From Planctomycetota bacterium (GTDB lineage Bacteria > Planctomycetota > UBA11346): a DNA stretch of 64,000 nt. The DNA is taken from contig JBBRLJ010000016.1 in NCBI GenBank assembly GCA_038231435.1, forward strand, positions 46,914-110,913. The letters are read 5' to 3'. Below, one piece after another: positions 20,132 to 29,643 of the stretch. A program made the position numbers and the translations under genes. How positions within the stretch are numbered: position 1 is the stretch's first letter; each line of letters begins with the position of its first letter. The notes under the pieces were generated by a model. It was not told the origin of the DNA, searched no databases, and saw only the letters and a list, made by a program, of their open reading frames with translations.

Positions 20132-20686
20132 TCAGTCGGTGACGGCGGCGAGTATCGGCTCGAGATACGGCCGCTTCAGCATCTCCTGGAGATCGGCTTC
20201 CATGAGCTGCTCGAGCGACCACTGCTTGTCCACGGGCGTGCGCATGCGGTAGATGCGGTCGGCGACGTTCCACATCAGGAAGAGCTTCTCGGGTTTCACC
20301 GCTTCGGGCGCGAGGCCGGCGAGTCGCTTCACGGCCGAGCGCAGCTCCTCGACGGTCTGCACGCCGCAGGTCGCGGCGAGGCGCCGGTTGTCCTCGAAGC
20401 GCAGCTCGTCCCAACTGATGCCGCGCGCGGTGGTGAACAGCGCCGCCCAGTAGAAGCATTGCGTCGCTTCCATGATGTACGGGTCGGCGTGGGTGCCGTC
20501 GAGCACACCGCAGAGCTCGTGCATCTCCTCGACCCAGCGCGACAGCAGCTTCGCGGTGTCGCGGGCCAGCAGCAATCCGACGGTGCCGGGCACCGCTTCG
20601 CCCTTCGCCGATAAGAAGCTCGCGATCTCTCCGGCGTTCGCTCCGAGCTGGGAGTAGATGCGGAAGATGCGTCGGGGGGTTGCCAT
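20132..20686 (-). CDS. Hypothetical protein with HisE/MazG-like all-alpha pyrophosphatase segment
   Basis: GTVGLLLARDTAKLLSRWVEEMHEL...EATQCFYW...ARGISWDEL aligns by eye with the HisE pattern (SYT.KLL...KV.EE..E...EAADL.YH...RGISL.DV); codon usage typical. Confidence 0.55.
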   Translation of the reverse strand: MATPRRIFRIYSQLGANAGEIASFLSAKGEAVPGTVGLLLARDTAKLLSRWVEEMHELCGVLDGTHADPYIMEATQCFYWAALFTTARGISWDELRFEDNRRLAATCGVQTVEELRSAVKRLAGLAPEAVKPEKLFLMWNVADRIYRMRTPVDKQWSLEQLMEADLQEMLKRPYLEPILAAVTD

Positions 20687-20720
20687 GGGGGATGCGCATC
20701 CTCGCAGCCGGGCGGAGGAC

Positions 20721-21365
20721 TCAAGGCTGCGGCGGGGCTTCCCGGTGTTGGACGGAGGGCTTGCCCATCAGGACCGCATGGTCTTGCACCTCAGGCGCCG
20801 GAGCGGTGACGATCGGGGAGGGCTCGGGCTCAGGAGCTACGGCGATCAAGCCCGTAACCACGGTCTGCGGAGTCGGACGTGCTTCGACCTCGCCCTTCAC
20901 GACGTTCGGTGGTTCGGGTTGGACGCACACGTCGCCCATCAGCTCCCGGGTGCCCGCGGTGCCGGGTGGGGCGGTGGCCGGAGTGGTCTCGACCGCCTGG
21001 GCGGATGTCGGCTGGGGCTGGGCAGTGGGCTGGGCGACCTTCGGCCCCTCACCTTGGCAGCCGGCGATGGTCATGGCGATGACCGCTGCCAAGCCGTTGG
21101 TGAGCAATCTGCGCGTAGCCGACGGCGCCAGCAGGCGCCCGGCACGGTCTGCGTGCGCTCGCACGCAGACATGCGCGCCGCTGGGTAGCGCGGTCCGCAC
21201 CTGCTCGAGGTAGCGCACGGCCACGGGCGGCGCCATACGCGTCACGTCCACGACCGTCTTGTCGCACGAGGCGCAATGGCGCCCGCGCGAGGCGGGGGTC
21301 ATTGCGTCCCAATCCTCATGGCAGGGGTCAGGAATATGCAGGCGGGTGTCGGGATGCGTGGGCAT
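20721..21365 (-). CDS. Cys/His-rich N-domain protein with internal lipobox (paralog 1)
   Basis: IPDPCHEDWDAM...GRHCASCDKTVVDV...VCVRA; RRLLTNGLAAVIAMTIAGC; Pro-rich tail; clear paralog at 23590-24147. Confidence 0.8.
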   Translation of the reverse strand: MPTHPDTRLHIPDPCHEDWDAMTPASRGRHCASCDKTVVDVTRMAPPVAVRYLEQVRTALPSGAHVCVRAHADRAGRLLAPSATRRLLTNGLAAVIAMTIAGCQGEGPKVAQPTAQPQPTSAQAVETTPATAPPGTAGTRELMGDVCVQPEPPNVVKGEVEARPTPQTVVTGLIAVAPEPEPSPIVTAPAPEVQDHAVLMGKPSVQHREAPPQP

Positions 21366-21386
21366 AGCGGCTCCGGAGTATACCCC

Positions 21387-21414
21387 TTGGACGGGGGGCA
21401 CGGAGTCGGGTTCC
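21387..21414 (-). promoter_or_regulatory. ECF-sigma-type promoter GGAAC-N16-CGTCCAA
   Basis: Read on the minus strand about 20 nt upstream of the paralog 1 start; same motif and spacing upstream of paralog 2. Confidence 0.65.
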
Positions 21415-21498
21415 ATGGGCCGGTGAGGGCAAGGCCGGTGGGACAGCCGTCACGTTCTCAGCAGCCCGGCATCAGCCGTCACACCGTCAGCGCAGCGC

Positions 21499-21894
21499 TC
21501 AGGCCGAGCTGGCGACGCCGCTCTCGAGCTGCAGGTAGCGCATCAGCACGCCCTGGTCGGAATTGCAGTATTCCTCGAACAGGCGGCGCAGCACGGTGGC
21601 CTTGTAGGTATCCTCGGGGATGGCCGCCGAGAACATGTGCGCCTTGCCGGTCCCGCGCTGCTGGGCGAGCAGCCCGCGCCTGACCAGGTTGCGCATGACC
21701 GTGAGATAGGTGGTGTAGGCGAGCTTGGGCGCTCCGGCCTCGGCCTGCAGGCGTTCGCGCAGGTCGTGGACGGTGCCGGGGCCCTGGTGCCACATCGCAT
21801 GCATGATGCGCAGCTGGAGCGGCCCGACGGGTGAGGCGGGGTCGACACCGGAGGGAGCACGGTCGGTGGCGTCGTTCATGGCATCTGCTTTCAT
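21499..21894 (-). CDS. BlaI/MecI/CopY family transcriptional repressor
   Basis: LQLRIMHAMW..GPGTV.DL...LAYTTYLTVMRNLVRRGLL winged-helix pattern; alternative start 21879. Confidence 0.88.
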   Translation of the reverse strand: MKADAMNDATDRAPSGVDPASPVGPLQLRIMHAMWHQGPGTVHDLRERLQAEAGAPKLAYTTYLTVMRNLVRRGLLAQQRGTGKAHMFSAAIPEDTYKATVLRRLFEEYCNSDQGVLMRYLQLESGVASSA

Positions 21895-21971
21895 CACCGA
21901 GGGGATCCGTCCGGTGGGTCCTGGGTCGAGGCCCACATGGCCTGGCACATGCCAGAACCTGCGATCCGTAT

Positions 21972-21988
21972 AACAAAACCCATGCCAA
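21972..21988 (-). promoter_or_regulatory. Sigma54-like -24/-12 promoter TTGGCATGGGTTTTGTT
   Basis: GG-N10-GT (consensus GG-N10-GC) with TGGCA and TTG flanks, about 80 nt upstream of the BlaI-like gene and just downstream of an NtrC-type activator gene. Confidence 0.55.
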
Positions 21989-22093
21989 TCGTAGAAGCAT
22001 CCATTTGGGCGTTTGCAGCGCAGGACAGGGAGTATTTGAAATCCCGGCCAGAGACCTGACGCCTGCGTCATGTCGCCGGCGTCAGGTCGCGTG

Positions 22094-23470
22094 TCAGCCA
22101 GCAGCGTCGGTCTCGTCGCCTGCGTCACCGGATCCGCCGCGCAGCAGCCGGTAGAGATGACGCTCGCTGATGCCCAGGGCGCTGGCGGCCTTGCGGCGGT
22201 TGCCCTGATGCAGGGTGAGCACATGGCGGACGTGGAGCATGTCGGCCTGGTCGAGCGGGATGGGACCATAACCGGCGAACTGGGTCGGATCCTCGGGGGC
22301 TTCGCGGCTGAGGCGGAAGTCTTGGGGTTGGAGCACCGTGCTGCTGCGCCGGCGGGCGCGCAGGAAGGCGCGTTCGACCTCGTTGCGCAGCTCGCGGATG
22401 TTCCCCGACCACGGTTGCTGCTCGAGCAGCGCGACCGCGTCGGCAGCGAGCGAGAAGTGATCGTGCTTGGCGATGTCGGCCAGGAATAGCCGGGCCAGGG
22501 GATGGATGTCCTCCGGCCGTTGCCGCAGGGGCGGCAGCCGCAGCTCGAACACCACCAGGCGGTGGTAGAGATCCTCGCGGAAGCGACCCTCGCGCATCTC
22601 CACGGCGAGATCCTTGTGGCTCGCCGCGATCACGCGCACGTCATGGCGCACCTCGCGATGGCTACCCAGCGCGCGTACCGTTCCGGATTCGAGGAAGCGC
22701 AGCAGCCGCAGCTGGGCGCCCGCGGGGATGTCGCCGATCTCGTCGAGGAACAGCGTGCCTTTCTCGGAAGCGGCGACGATGCCTGGGCGGGCGCGGTCCG
22801 CGCCGGTGAAGGCGCCTTTTTCATAGCCGAACAGCTCGGAATCCACGAGGTTCTCGGTGAGTGTTCCGCAGTTGATGGCGTTGAACGGGCCGTCACGGCG
22901 GTCGCTGGCGCGGTGGATGTAGCGCGCGAGCAGTTCCTTGCCGGTGCCGGTTTCGCCGTAGATGTAGACCGGCTTCTCGAGCTCGGCGACATCGCGCGCT
23001 TCGTCGATCACGGTGCGCAGGGCCGGGGATTCGGCGACGAAGCCGTCCATGGCCCAACGGCCCTGCTCGCGGCGCAGGCGTTCGAGCAGCAGCTCCTTCT
23101 CGCGCGCGTCGCGGGCCTTGCGCGCAGCGCGCTCGGCCAGCAGCAGCAGCTCGGGCATCTTGATCGGCTTCGACAGGTAATGGAATGCTCCGCGCGTCAT
23201 CGCCATGACCGCGGTCTCGATGGTTGCGAAGCCGGTGGTGATGATGACCTCGACGTGGCTGTCGAGAGTCTTGAGTCGCTCCATCACATCGAGGCCGGTC
23301 TCGCGACCGAGCCGGAGATCGATCAGCGCCGCGTCGTAGTCGTGCTCGGCGGCGAGTGCCAGCCCTTCATCTCCGGTCGGCGCGAGATCGACCACGTAGT
23401 CGGCGCTGCGCAGCATCTCCCCGACGACCGCCAACAGGGCAGAATCGTCCTCGATGACCAGGATGCGCAT
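22094..23470 (-). CDS. NtrC-type sigma54-dependent response regulator (REC-AAA+-HTH)
   Basis: ILVIEDD...LIDLRL receiver, [37 protein letters not shown] and AASALGISERHLYR motifs. Confidence 0.95.
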   Translation of the reverse strand: MRILVIEDDSALLAVVGEMLRSADYVVDLAPTGDEGLALAAEHDYDAALIDLRLGRETGLDVMERLKTLDSHVEVIITTGFATIETAVMAMTRGAFHYLSKPIKMPELLLLAERAARKARDAREKELLLERLRREQGRWAMDGFVAESPALRTVIDEARDVAELEKPVYIYGETGTGKELLARYIHRASDRRDGPFNAINCGTLTENLVDSELFGYEKGAFTGADRARPGIVAASEKGTLFLDEIGDIPAGAQLRLLRFLESGTVRALGSHREVRHDVRVIAASHKDLAVEMREGRFREDLYHRLVVFELRLPPLRQRPEDIHPLARLFLADIAKHDHFSLAADAVALLEQQPWSGNIRELRNEVERAFLRARRRSSTVLQPQDFRLSREAPEDPTQFAGYGPIPLDQADMLHVRHVLTLHQGNRRKAASALGISERHLYRLLRGGSGDAGDETDAAG

Positions 23471-23589
23471 GTCCGAACGAGGGGGGCCCATGGCTAGACC
23501 AGCATGAAACGCCGCCGGAAGCGGAATGCAACGCAACCCTTCGCTGCAGATTCATCTCCTAGTAGTTGCAGGGGCTTCCGTATATCCGC

Positions 23590-24147
23590 TCAACCATCCG
23601 CGCGGGGTGCAAGTGGATCCGGCGCGGGCGTCACCGCCTTCGACGGCGGGGCCAGCATGCCGGGCATCGACGTTATCCTGCCCTCCACCACGTCGTCATC
23701 GCTGTGCGCATGCCCAGGCGTGGGCGTGCCGTCGCGCGGAAGTGGCTTTGCTCCGCCACCGCTCACGGACTCGACCGAGGCGTCATGTCCGGCCCCATCG
23801 CCCTCCGCTGCGCCATCCGAGGCCTTCGATCCGCCCGCGCAGCCAGAGATGCTCATGGCCAGCATCGCCGCCAGCGCATTGGTCAGCAAGCGCGCGCGTC
23901 CGCGCGCGATCGATGGCGAGGGCACCACGACCTTGCCCCGCGTATCCAGGCGCGCGTGCACGCACACCCGCTCGCCGCGGGCGAGCGCGGCGTCGGCGCC
24001 GGCGAGGAAGACTGACGCTTCGGCTCCGTTCATCGCGGCAACGTCCACGACCACCCGGTCGCAGGATGCGCAGTGGCGTCCATGCCGATCCGGGGACATG
24101 GCGTTCCAGTCCTCGTGGCAGGGGCTGGGGATGCGCAGATCGATCAC
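23590..24147 (-). CDS. Cys/His-rich N-domain protein with internal lipobox (paralog 2)
   Basis: GTG start after GAAGGA; IPSPCHEDWNAM...GRHCASCDRVVVDV...VCVHA; RARLLTNALAAMLAMSISGC. Confidence 0.8.
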   Translation of the reverse strand: MIDLRIPSPCHEDWNAMSPDRHGRHCASCDRVVVDVAAMNGAEASVFLAGADAALARGERVCVHARLDTRGKVVVPSPSIARGRARLLTNALAAMLAMSISGCAGGSKASDGAAEGDGAGHDASVESVSGGGAKPLPRDGTPTPGHAHSDDDVVEGRITSMPGMLAPPSKAVTPAPDPLAPRADG

Positions 24148-24188
24148 GGTTGGTTCCTTCGCCGGAGGGGGAGGAGAGGGCACACCTG

Positions 24189-24216
24189 TTTGACGGCCGT
24201 TCCCTCCGCTGGTTCC
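24189..24216 (-). promoter_or_regulatory. ECF-sigma-type promoter GGAAC-N16-CGTCAAA
   Basis: Minus strand, about 40 nt upstream of paralog 2; matches 21387-21414. Confidence 0.65.
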
Positions 24217-24301
24217 CGGAACCGCGCAGGTTTTGCCTTGTCGCGGCATCCATCGTTCTATGATGATGGATCGATATAGTAACCCAGCCGAGGATCTTCC
24301 C

Positions 24302-25777
<1,476 letters not shown>

Positions 25778-25932
25778 TTTCGGGGGCTTTGCCCCCGGGC
25801 CCCCACGGGCTTTGTCGGCCTTCGTTCCGTCCCTTCGGGCCGGAACGTTCGCGTGATGGCTTCGCCATTGTTCACGCGAAGCAGGCCTCGGCGCCCGGCG
25901 GCTGGGGCCGCGGGTGGACGGGCTTCGCCCGG
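25778..25932 (+). repeat. Structured REP/MITE-like element, family B copy 1
   Basis: TTTCGGGGGCTTTGCCCCCGGGCCCCCACGGGCTTTGTCGGCC, two inner hairpins, AGGCCTCGGCGCCCGG; directly after the ahcY stop. Confidence 0.88.
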
Positions 25933-25953
25933 TATCGTGGCCACGATGTGTAG

Positions 25954-26055
25954 TTTGGGGGGTTTCTTGATTTGGGGGCTTTGCCCCCGGGCCCCCACGG
26001 GCTTTGTCGGCCTTCGTTCCGTCCCTTCGGGCCGGAACGTTCGCGTGATGGCTTC
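25954..26055 (+). repeat. Family B copy 2 (3'-truncated tandem duplicate)
   Basis: 25974-26055 is identical to 25782-25863 (82 bp). Confidence 0.9.
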
Positions 26056-26140
26056 CACGGACCCCGCAGGGCTCCTCGCTTCCGGCCTCACTATCCCCGC
26101 TCCCCCATCCAACCCTCTCCCAGCCTGCGTATTCTCCTCC

Positions 26141-26926
26141 ATGCCGTACTCCTCGCTGCTCCTGATCGTGCTTTCCGCCTGTCTCTCCGCCGCTGGGCTG
26201 GCGATGGGCGCCGAGCCGGGGGCGACCGTTCCGCCCGGCGTCGCCGTCGTCGAGCTTTTCACCAGCGAGGGCTGCTCGAGCTGCCCGGCCGCCGACGACG
26301 CGCTCGCCGTCGAAGCCGCGGCAGCGCGCCCGGGCGTGATCCTGCTCGCCTACCATATCGACTACTGGGACCGACTCGGCTGGAAGGATCCGTACGCCTC
26401 GGCCGCTGCGTCGAGCCGGCAGTACGCCTACGCGAAAGGCTCCGGCGGCCGCGTTTACACGCCGCAGGCGATGGTGAACGGTCGCGTCGACGTCGTCGGC
26501 TCGGATACCAAGGCCCTGCAGGAAGCGATCGCGCGCGAGCTCATGCGCCCCTCGACCGCGCGGATCACCATCAATGCTGCGTGGGCGGGCAAGACCTGCA
26601 CCGTGGCCTGCACAATCGCCGTGCCGGGAGGAAAGCCTGACGCCGCGACGGTGCCCGCGTCTGCGACGCTGACCGTGGCGCTGGTCGAGGACGCGCTCAC
26701 CGATGTGGTTACGCGCGGCGAGAACGCCGGCCGCACCCTCGCGCACCAGCGCGTGGTGCGCGAGGCGCGCAGCGTGCCGACCGCCGGGGCCATAGCGCCG
26801 ATAGTGTTCACTCTGCCCGACGCCTCGATTCCCCAACGCATGCGGGTGGTGGCATACGTGCAGGATGCCAAGCGGGGGGTGGTCGGGGCGGCGGAGAGCG
26901 AGTGGACCGACGACCACAAGAAGTGA
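26141..26926 (+). CDS. Secreted DUF1223 thioredoxin-like protein
   Basis: Signal peptide; VVELFTSEGCSSCPAAD, HIDYWDRLGWKDPY, VYTPQ and RGENAGRTL motifs. Confidence 0.9.
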   Translation: MPYSSLLLIVLSACLSAAGLAMGAEPGATVPPGVAVVELFTSEGCSSCPAADDALAVEAAAARPGVILLAYHIDYWDRLGWKDPYASAAASSRQYAYAKGSGGRVYTPQAMVNGRVDVVGSDTKALQEAIARELMRPSTARITINAAWAGKTCTVACTIAVPGGKPDAATVPASATLTVALVEDALTDVVTRGENAGRTLAHQRVVREARSVPTAGAIAPIVFTLPDASIPQRMRVVAYVQDAKRGVVGAAESEWTDDHKK

Positions 26927-26985
26927 TCATCCCGCACGCCTGAGCGGCGGATCATCGCCATCGCCGCCAGGCGTCGACCGATGGA

Positions 26986-27168
26986 TCAGCGACCATCCTG
27001 GCTGGGATATTTGGCGGTCTGACCGCCCTTGGGCCCTGACTGTTCGCGGGGCTCGCCGAAACCGGGCGAATGGCCGGCGTGCGCGGTCCTGAAGACCAGG
27101 GCGAGGACCGCCAGCGTTCCGATGATGGCGCAGAGCATGACGGCCATGGGTCGGGCTCCTTGGGACAT
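26986..27168 (-). CDS. Small hypothetical membrane or secreted protein (60 aa)
   Basis: Single hydrophobic helix ending AHA; TATACT 6 nt upstream of the ATG. Confidence 0.35.
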   Translation of the reverse strand: MSQGARPMAVMLCAIIGTLAVLALVFRTAHAGHSPGFGEPREQSGPKGGQTAKYPSQDGR

Positions 27169-27313
27169 TCTTCCAGTATATCCGGCCCCGCGGCTCGTTC
27201 GCGGGCGAATCGCCCGTCCTTTCACCGGGCCCGGCACCATCGCTGCAGGGGTTTTCACCGCGTTCAGCGCCGATTGCATGGCGTGGCGTCCCCGGAGACT
27301 GCCCGGCGACGCC

Positions 27314-27727
27314 ATGTGGCCCTTCACGCGCACTCCCTCGCCCGTCCGCGTCTCGGGCGACAAGCTCTACCTGATCGACAACGATTTCGGCACCGAGGAT
27401 CCCGAGCGACTCGCGGTCATCCGGCAGGGTTTCATCGAGCAGCACCTGCGCGCCCTGCCGCGTGAGTTGCAGGACGCGTGGCGCGCCGGCACCCATCCGG
27501 CGCAGGACCACCGCTTCATGCCGCAGGCGCGTAAGCACGCCGACGATCTGCACCGCGAGCTCGCGCCCTGCGGCTACGTCAATGAGGTGATGGCCACGTA
27601 TTTCCAGGACGACCGCATCGTGCTGTCGGTGATCCTCAAGACGCTGCTGCTGCCGCCCACCATCCGCGGCGACATCCCCTGGCTCTATCGCGGTTTCGAG
27701 ACCAAGTGCATGGCGCGCGGCTCGTGA
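27314..27727 (+). CDS. Hypothetical protein
   Basis: Typical codon usage from MWPFTR; no recognised motif. Confidence 0.65.
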   Translation: MWPFTRTPSPVRVSGDKLYLIDNDFGTEDPERLAVIRQGFIEQHLRALPRELQDAWRAGTHPAQDHRFMPQARKHADDLHRELAPCGYVNEVMATYFQDDRIVLSVILKTLLLPPTIRGDIPWLYRGFETKCMARGS

Positions 27728-27774
27728 ACGTCGTGCGCGCGTTGCCCCTGGCAAACCTGTGGTACCGTCGGGCC

Positions 27775-28416
27775 ATGGTCATCCGCGCGAGTCTCGTCTG
27801 CGGTCTGTTCGTCGGCGCGTCCGTGCTTGCGAGCGCCGCGGACGGCGGTGGCGCCGTTCCCGCCACGTCGACACCCACGGCCGCTTCCACCACTGCGACC
27901 GTAGCGGTAGTGGCGAAGGACGGCCTGCCGACCGGACAGGATTCAGCGGAAGGCGTCGCCTGCGACCTGGCGCGGGCGTTCGCGGCCGCGGACGCTACGA
28001 TGTGGAGTGGCATCACCGTCAAGCTCCCCAGCGACGATCAGGCGCACGCCACCTTGGAGGCGTTTGTCGGCAAGACCGCCACCGCCATGGACGTGGAAGC
28101 GGCGAAGCCCGAGGCCGAGCGTTCGGGACCGAAGGACATCGACACCTGCTTCAAGGCGCGCCATCTCAGCGACGCCAACGCGGCGGCCTACGGCGCGACG
28201 CTGTACCATTACCAGGACGTGATGTTCGTCGATGTGGTGGTGAAGAACCACGACGGCCAGGAGAGCGCCAATCGCACGCTGGTGGTGAAGGCGGCGGACG
28301 GGAAGTGGTACGTGCACCCGCAGCCGTCCCTGTCGCCCATGCTGTCGATGGGCCTGAATGGCGAGAGCGATTCCGAACAGGAAGTGGTCAGGAAGCCGTC
28401 GTCCGCCGCTCCGTGA
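27775..28416 (+). CDS. Secreted hypothetical protein
   Basis: Signal peptide (VLASA-A), Thr/Ala linker, globular domain EGVACDLARAF...FVDV...NRTLV...GKWYVHP. Confidence 0.75.
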   Translation: MVIRASLVCGLFVGASVLASAADGGGAVPATSTPTAASTTATVAVVAKDGLPTGQDSAEGVACDLARAFAAADATMWSGITVKLPSDDQAHATLEAFVGKTATAMDVEAAKPEAERSGPKDIDTCFKARHLSDANAAAYGATLYHYQDVMFVDVVVKNHDGQESANRTLVVKAADGKWYVHPQPSLSPMLSMGLNGESDSEQEVVRKPSSAAP

Positions 28417-28484
28417 GCTGCGGGGCACAGGCCGCGCGCGATCACTCCTGGTCATTCGCCGCCATCATCTGACATCATCTGACA

Positions 28485-28796
28485 TCATTCGCCAGAAGCG
28501 CGATCCTTGCCGCAGAGATCGACGACAGGCGCGCGCACGAAGCGCGTGCTCGGCCGCTCGGCGGAGGTCGTGCGTCCCTCGCTCAGGCAGAGATGGCAGC
28601 GGCAGCGTGAGATCTGCCGGTAGCGACCGTGGGCGGGATCGAAGGGGATGCGCCGGCCGACCAGCACGTGGCCGCAGCTGAGGTGGAGGTCGCGGTACGA
28701 TGGATGGCGGGGGTCGGGGATGGTGACGCGCATCACCATGCGCACCGGCGCGGTGGCCGCAGCGGAAGGGTCTGGGTTTCTCGCAGAGCTGGTCAT
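28485..28796 (-). CDS. Small hypothetical protein with possible Zn-binding LSCGH...CxCxxC
   Basis: AGGAGG upstream of the ATG; LSCGH and CRCHLC motifs. Confidence 0.5.
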   Translation of the reverse strand: MTSSARNPDPSAAATAPVRMVMRVTIPDPRHPSYRDLHLSCGHVLVGRRIPFDPAHGRYRQISRCRCHLCLSEGRTTSAERPSTRFVRAPVVDLCGKDRASGE

Positions 28797-28962
28797 CGAT
28801 CCTCCTGGGTGAGCACGCCATCGGGCGGTCCTCGGATTCACGCTATCCCATGAGGACGATCGTCGCCGCCGGGAGCTGGGCGCCAACGTCTAACGCTCGA
28901 TCCTTCCCCGTCGGCGAGACGTAAATCGAGTGGCTCCGTGGCCCGGGCTTGGCTGGGCTGAC

Positions 28963-29265
28963 TCAGGGCGAAGGTACCGACACGATCATCCGGCCCTCGA
29001 CGTGGAGGCGCTCCTCGAGCGCTTGGCGGTAGACGCGGGTGGCGTGGAATCGCGCCACCACGCGGCGCTGGCGGGTGTCGTAGAGCAGGTATCCGGCGTC
29101 GGGAGACAACGGCTTGGACAGCAGGGGAACCACGCACGTGACCGGCCTGAAGACGTATCCACGGTCATCCACCGCCTCGCCGATCTCGGCCTCGCTGACC
29201 GGGATCACACGGCTGAAATCTTGGCACAGGACCAGGTCGGCGGCATCCAGGCGCATCGCACGCAT
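28963..29265 (-). CDS. Hypothetical protein
   Basis: About 100-aa frame with plausible composition, divergent from 29368. Confidence 0.5.
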   Translation of the reverse strand: MRAMRLDAADLVLCQDFSRVIPVSEAEIGEAVDDRGYVFRPVTCVVPLLSKPLSPDAGYLLYDTRQRRVVARFHATRVYRQALEERLHVEGRMIVSVPSP

Positions 29266-29367
29266 GCTAGCGCCCCGGTGGCGTTTTCCCTTCAATACCC
29301 GGCATGCGAGGCATAGTCGCAGGTGGCCGGGACACGACCCGGGATGCTTCGCGCACGCGGAGGGACG

Positions 29368-29643
29368 ATGAAGGACAAGCAGGTCAATGCCCTCTACTTC
29401 TCCGATGGCGCGCCCCCGTTGCTGATCTGGATGACGCCGAAGGAGAAGAGCTTCCTGCGCATCAAGATCGAGGCCTGCCTCGAGCTGGTCGGCAAGATCC
29501 CCGCCGAGAGCACGACCTTCGCCTCGCACGGTTTCATGCTCTCCGGGGTGTGGATCAATCCCAAACAGATCAGCCGCATCGTGGTGCTCGATGAGCGCAA
29601 GCTCAGCGACGTGTCGGCGCCCGTGGAGTTCATCCTCGAATGA
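29368..29643 (+). CDS. Hypothetical protein
   Basis: GGAGG before ATG, strong GC3 bias, ATGA overlap with the next gene. Confidence 0.7.
   Translation: MKDKQVNALYFSDGAPPLLIWMTPKEKSFLRIKIEACLELVGKIPAESTTFASHGFMLSGVWINPKQISRIVVLDERKLSDVSAPVEFILE

Noticed and set aside
24150..24301. SAH or SAM riboswitch upstream of ahcY
   Set aside because: No GAGGAGCG...CCAGGCTC...CGCTC-type consensus is visible and the leader is short.
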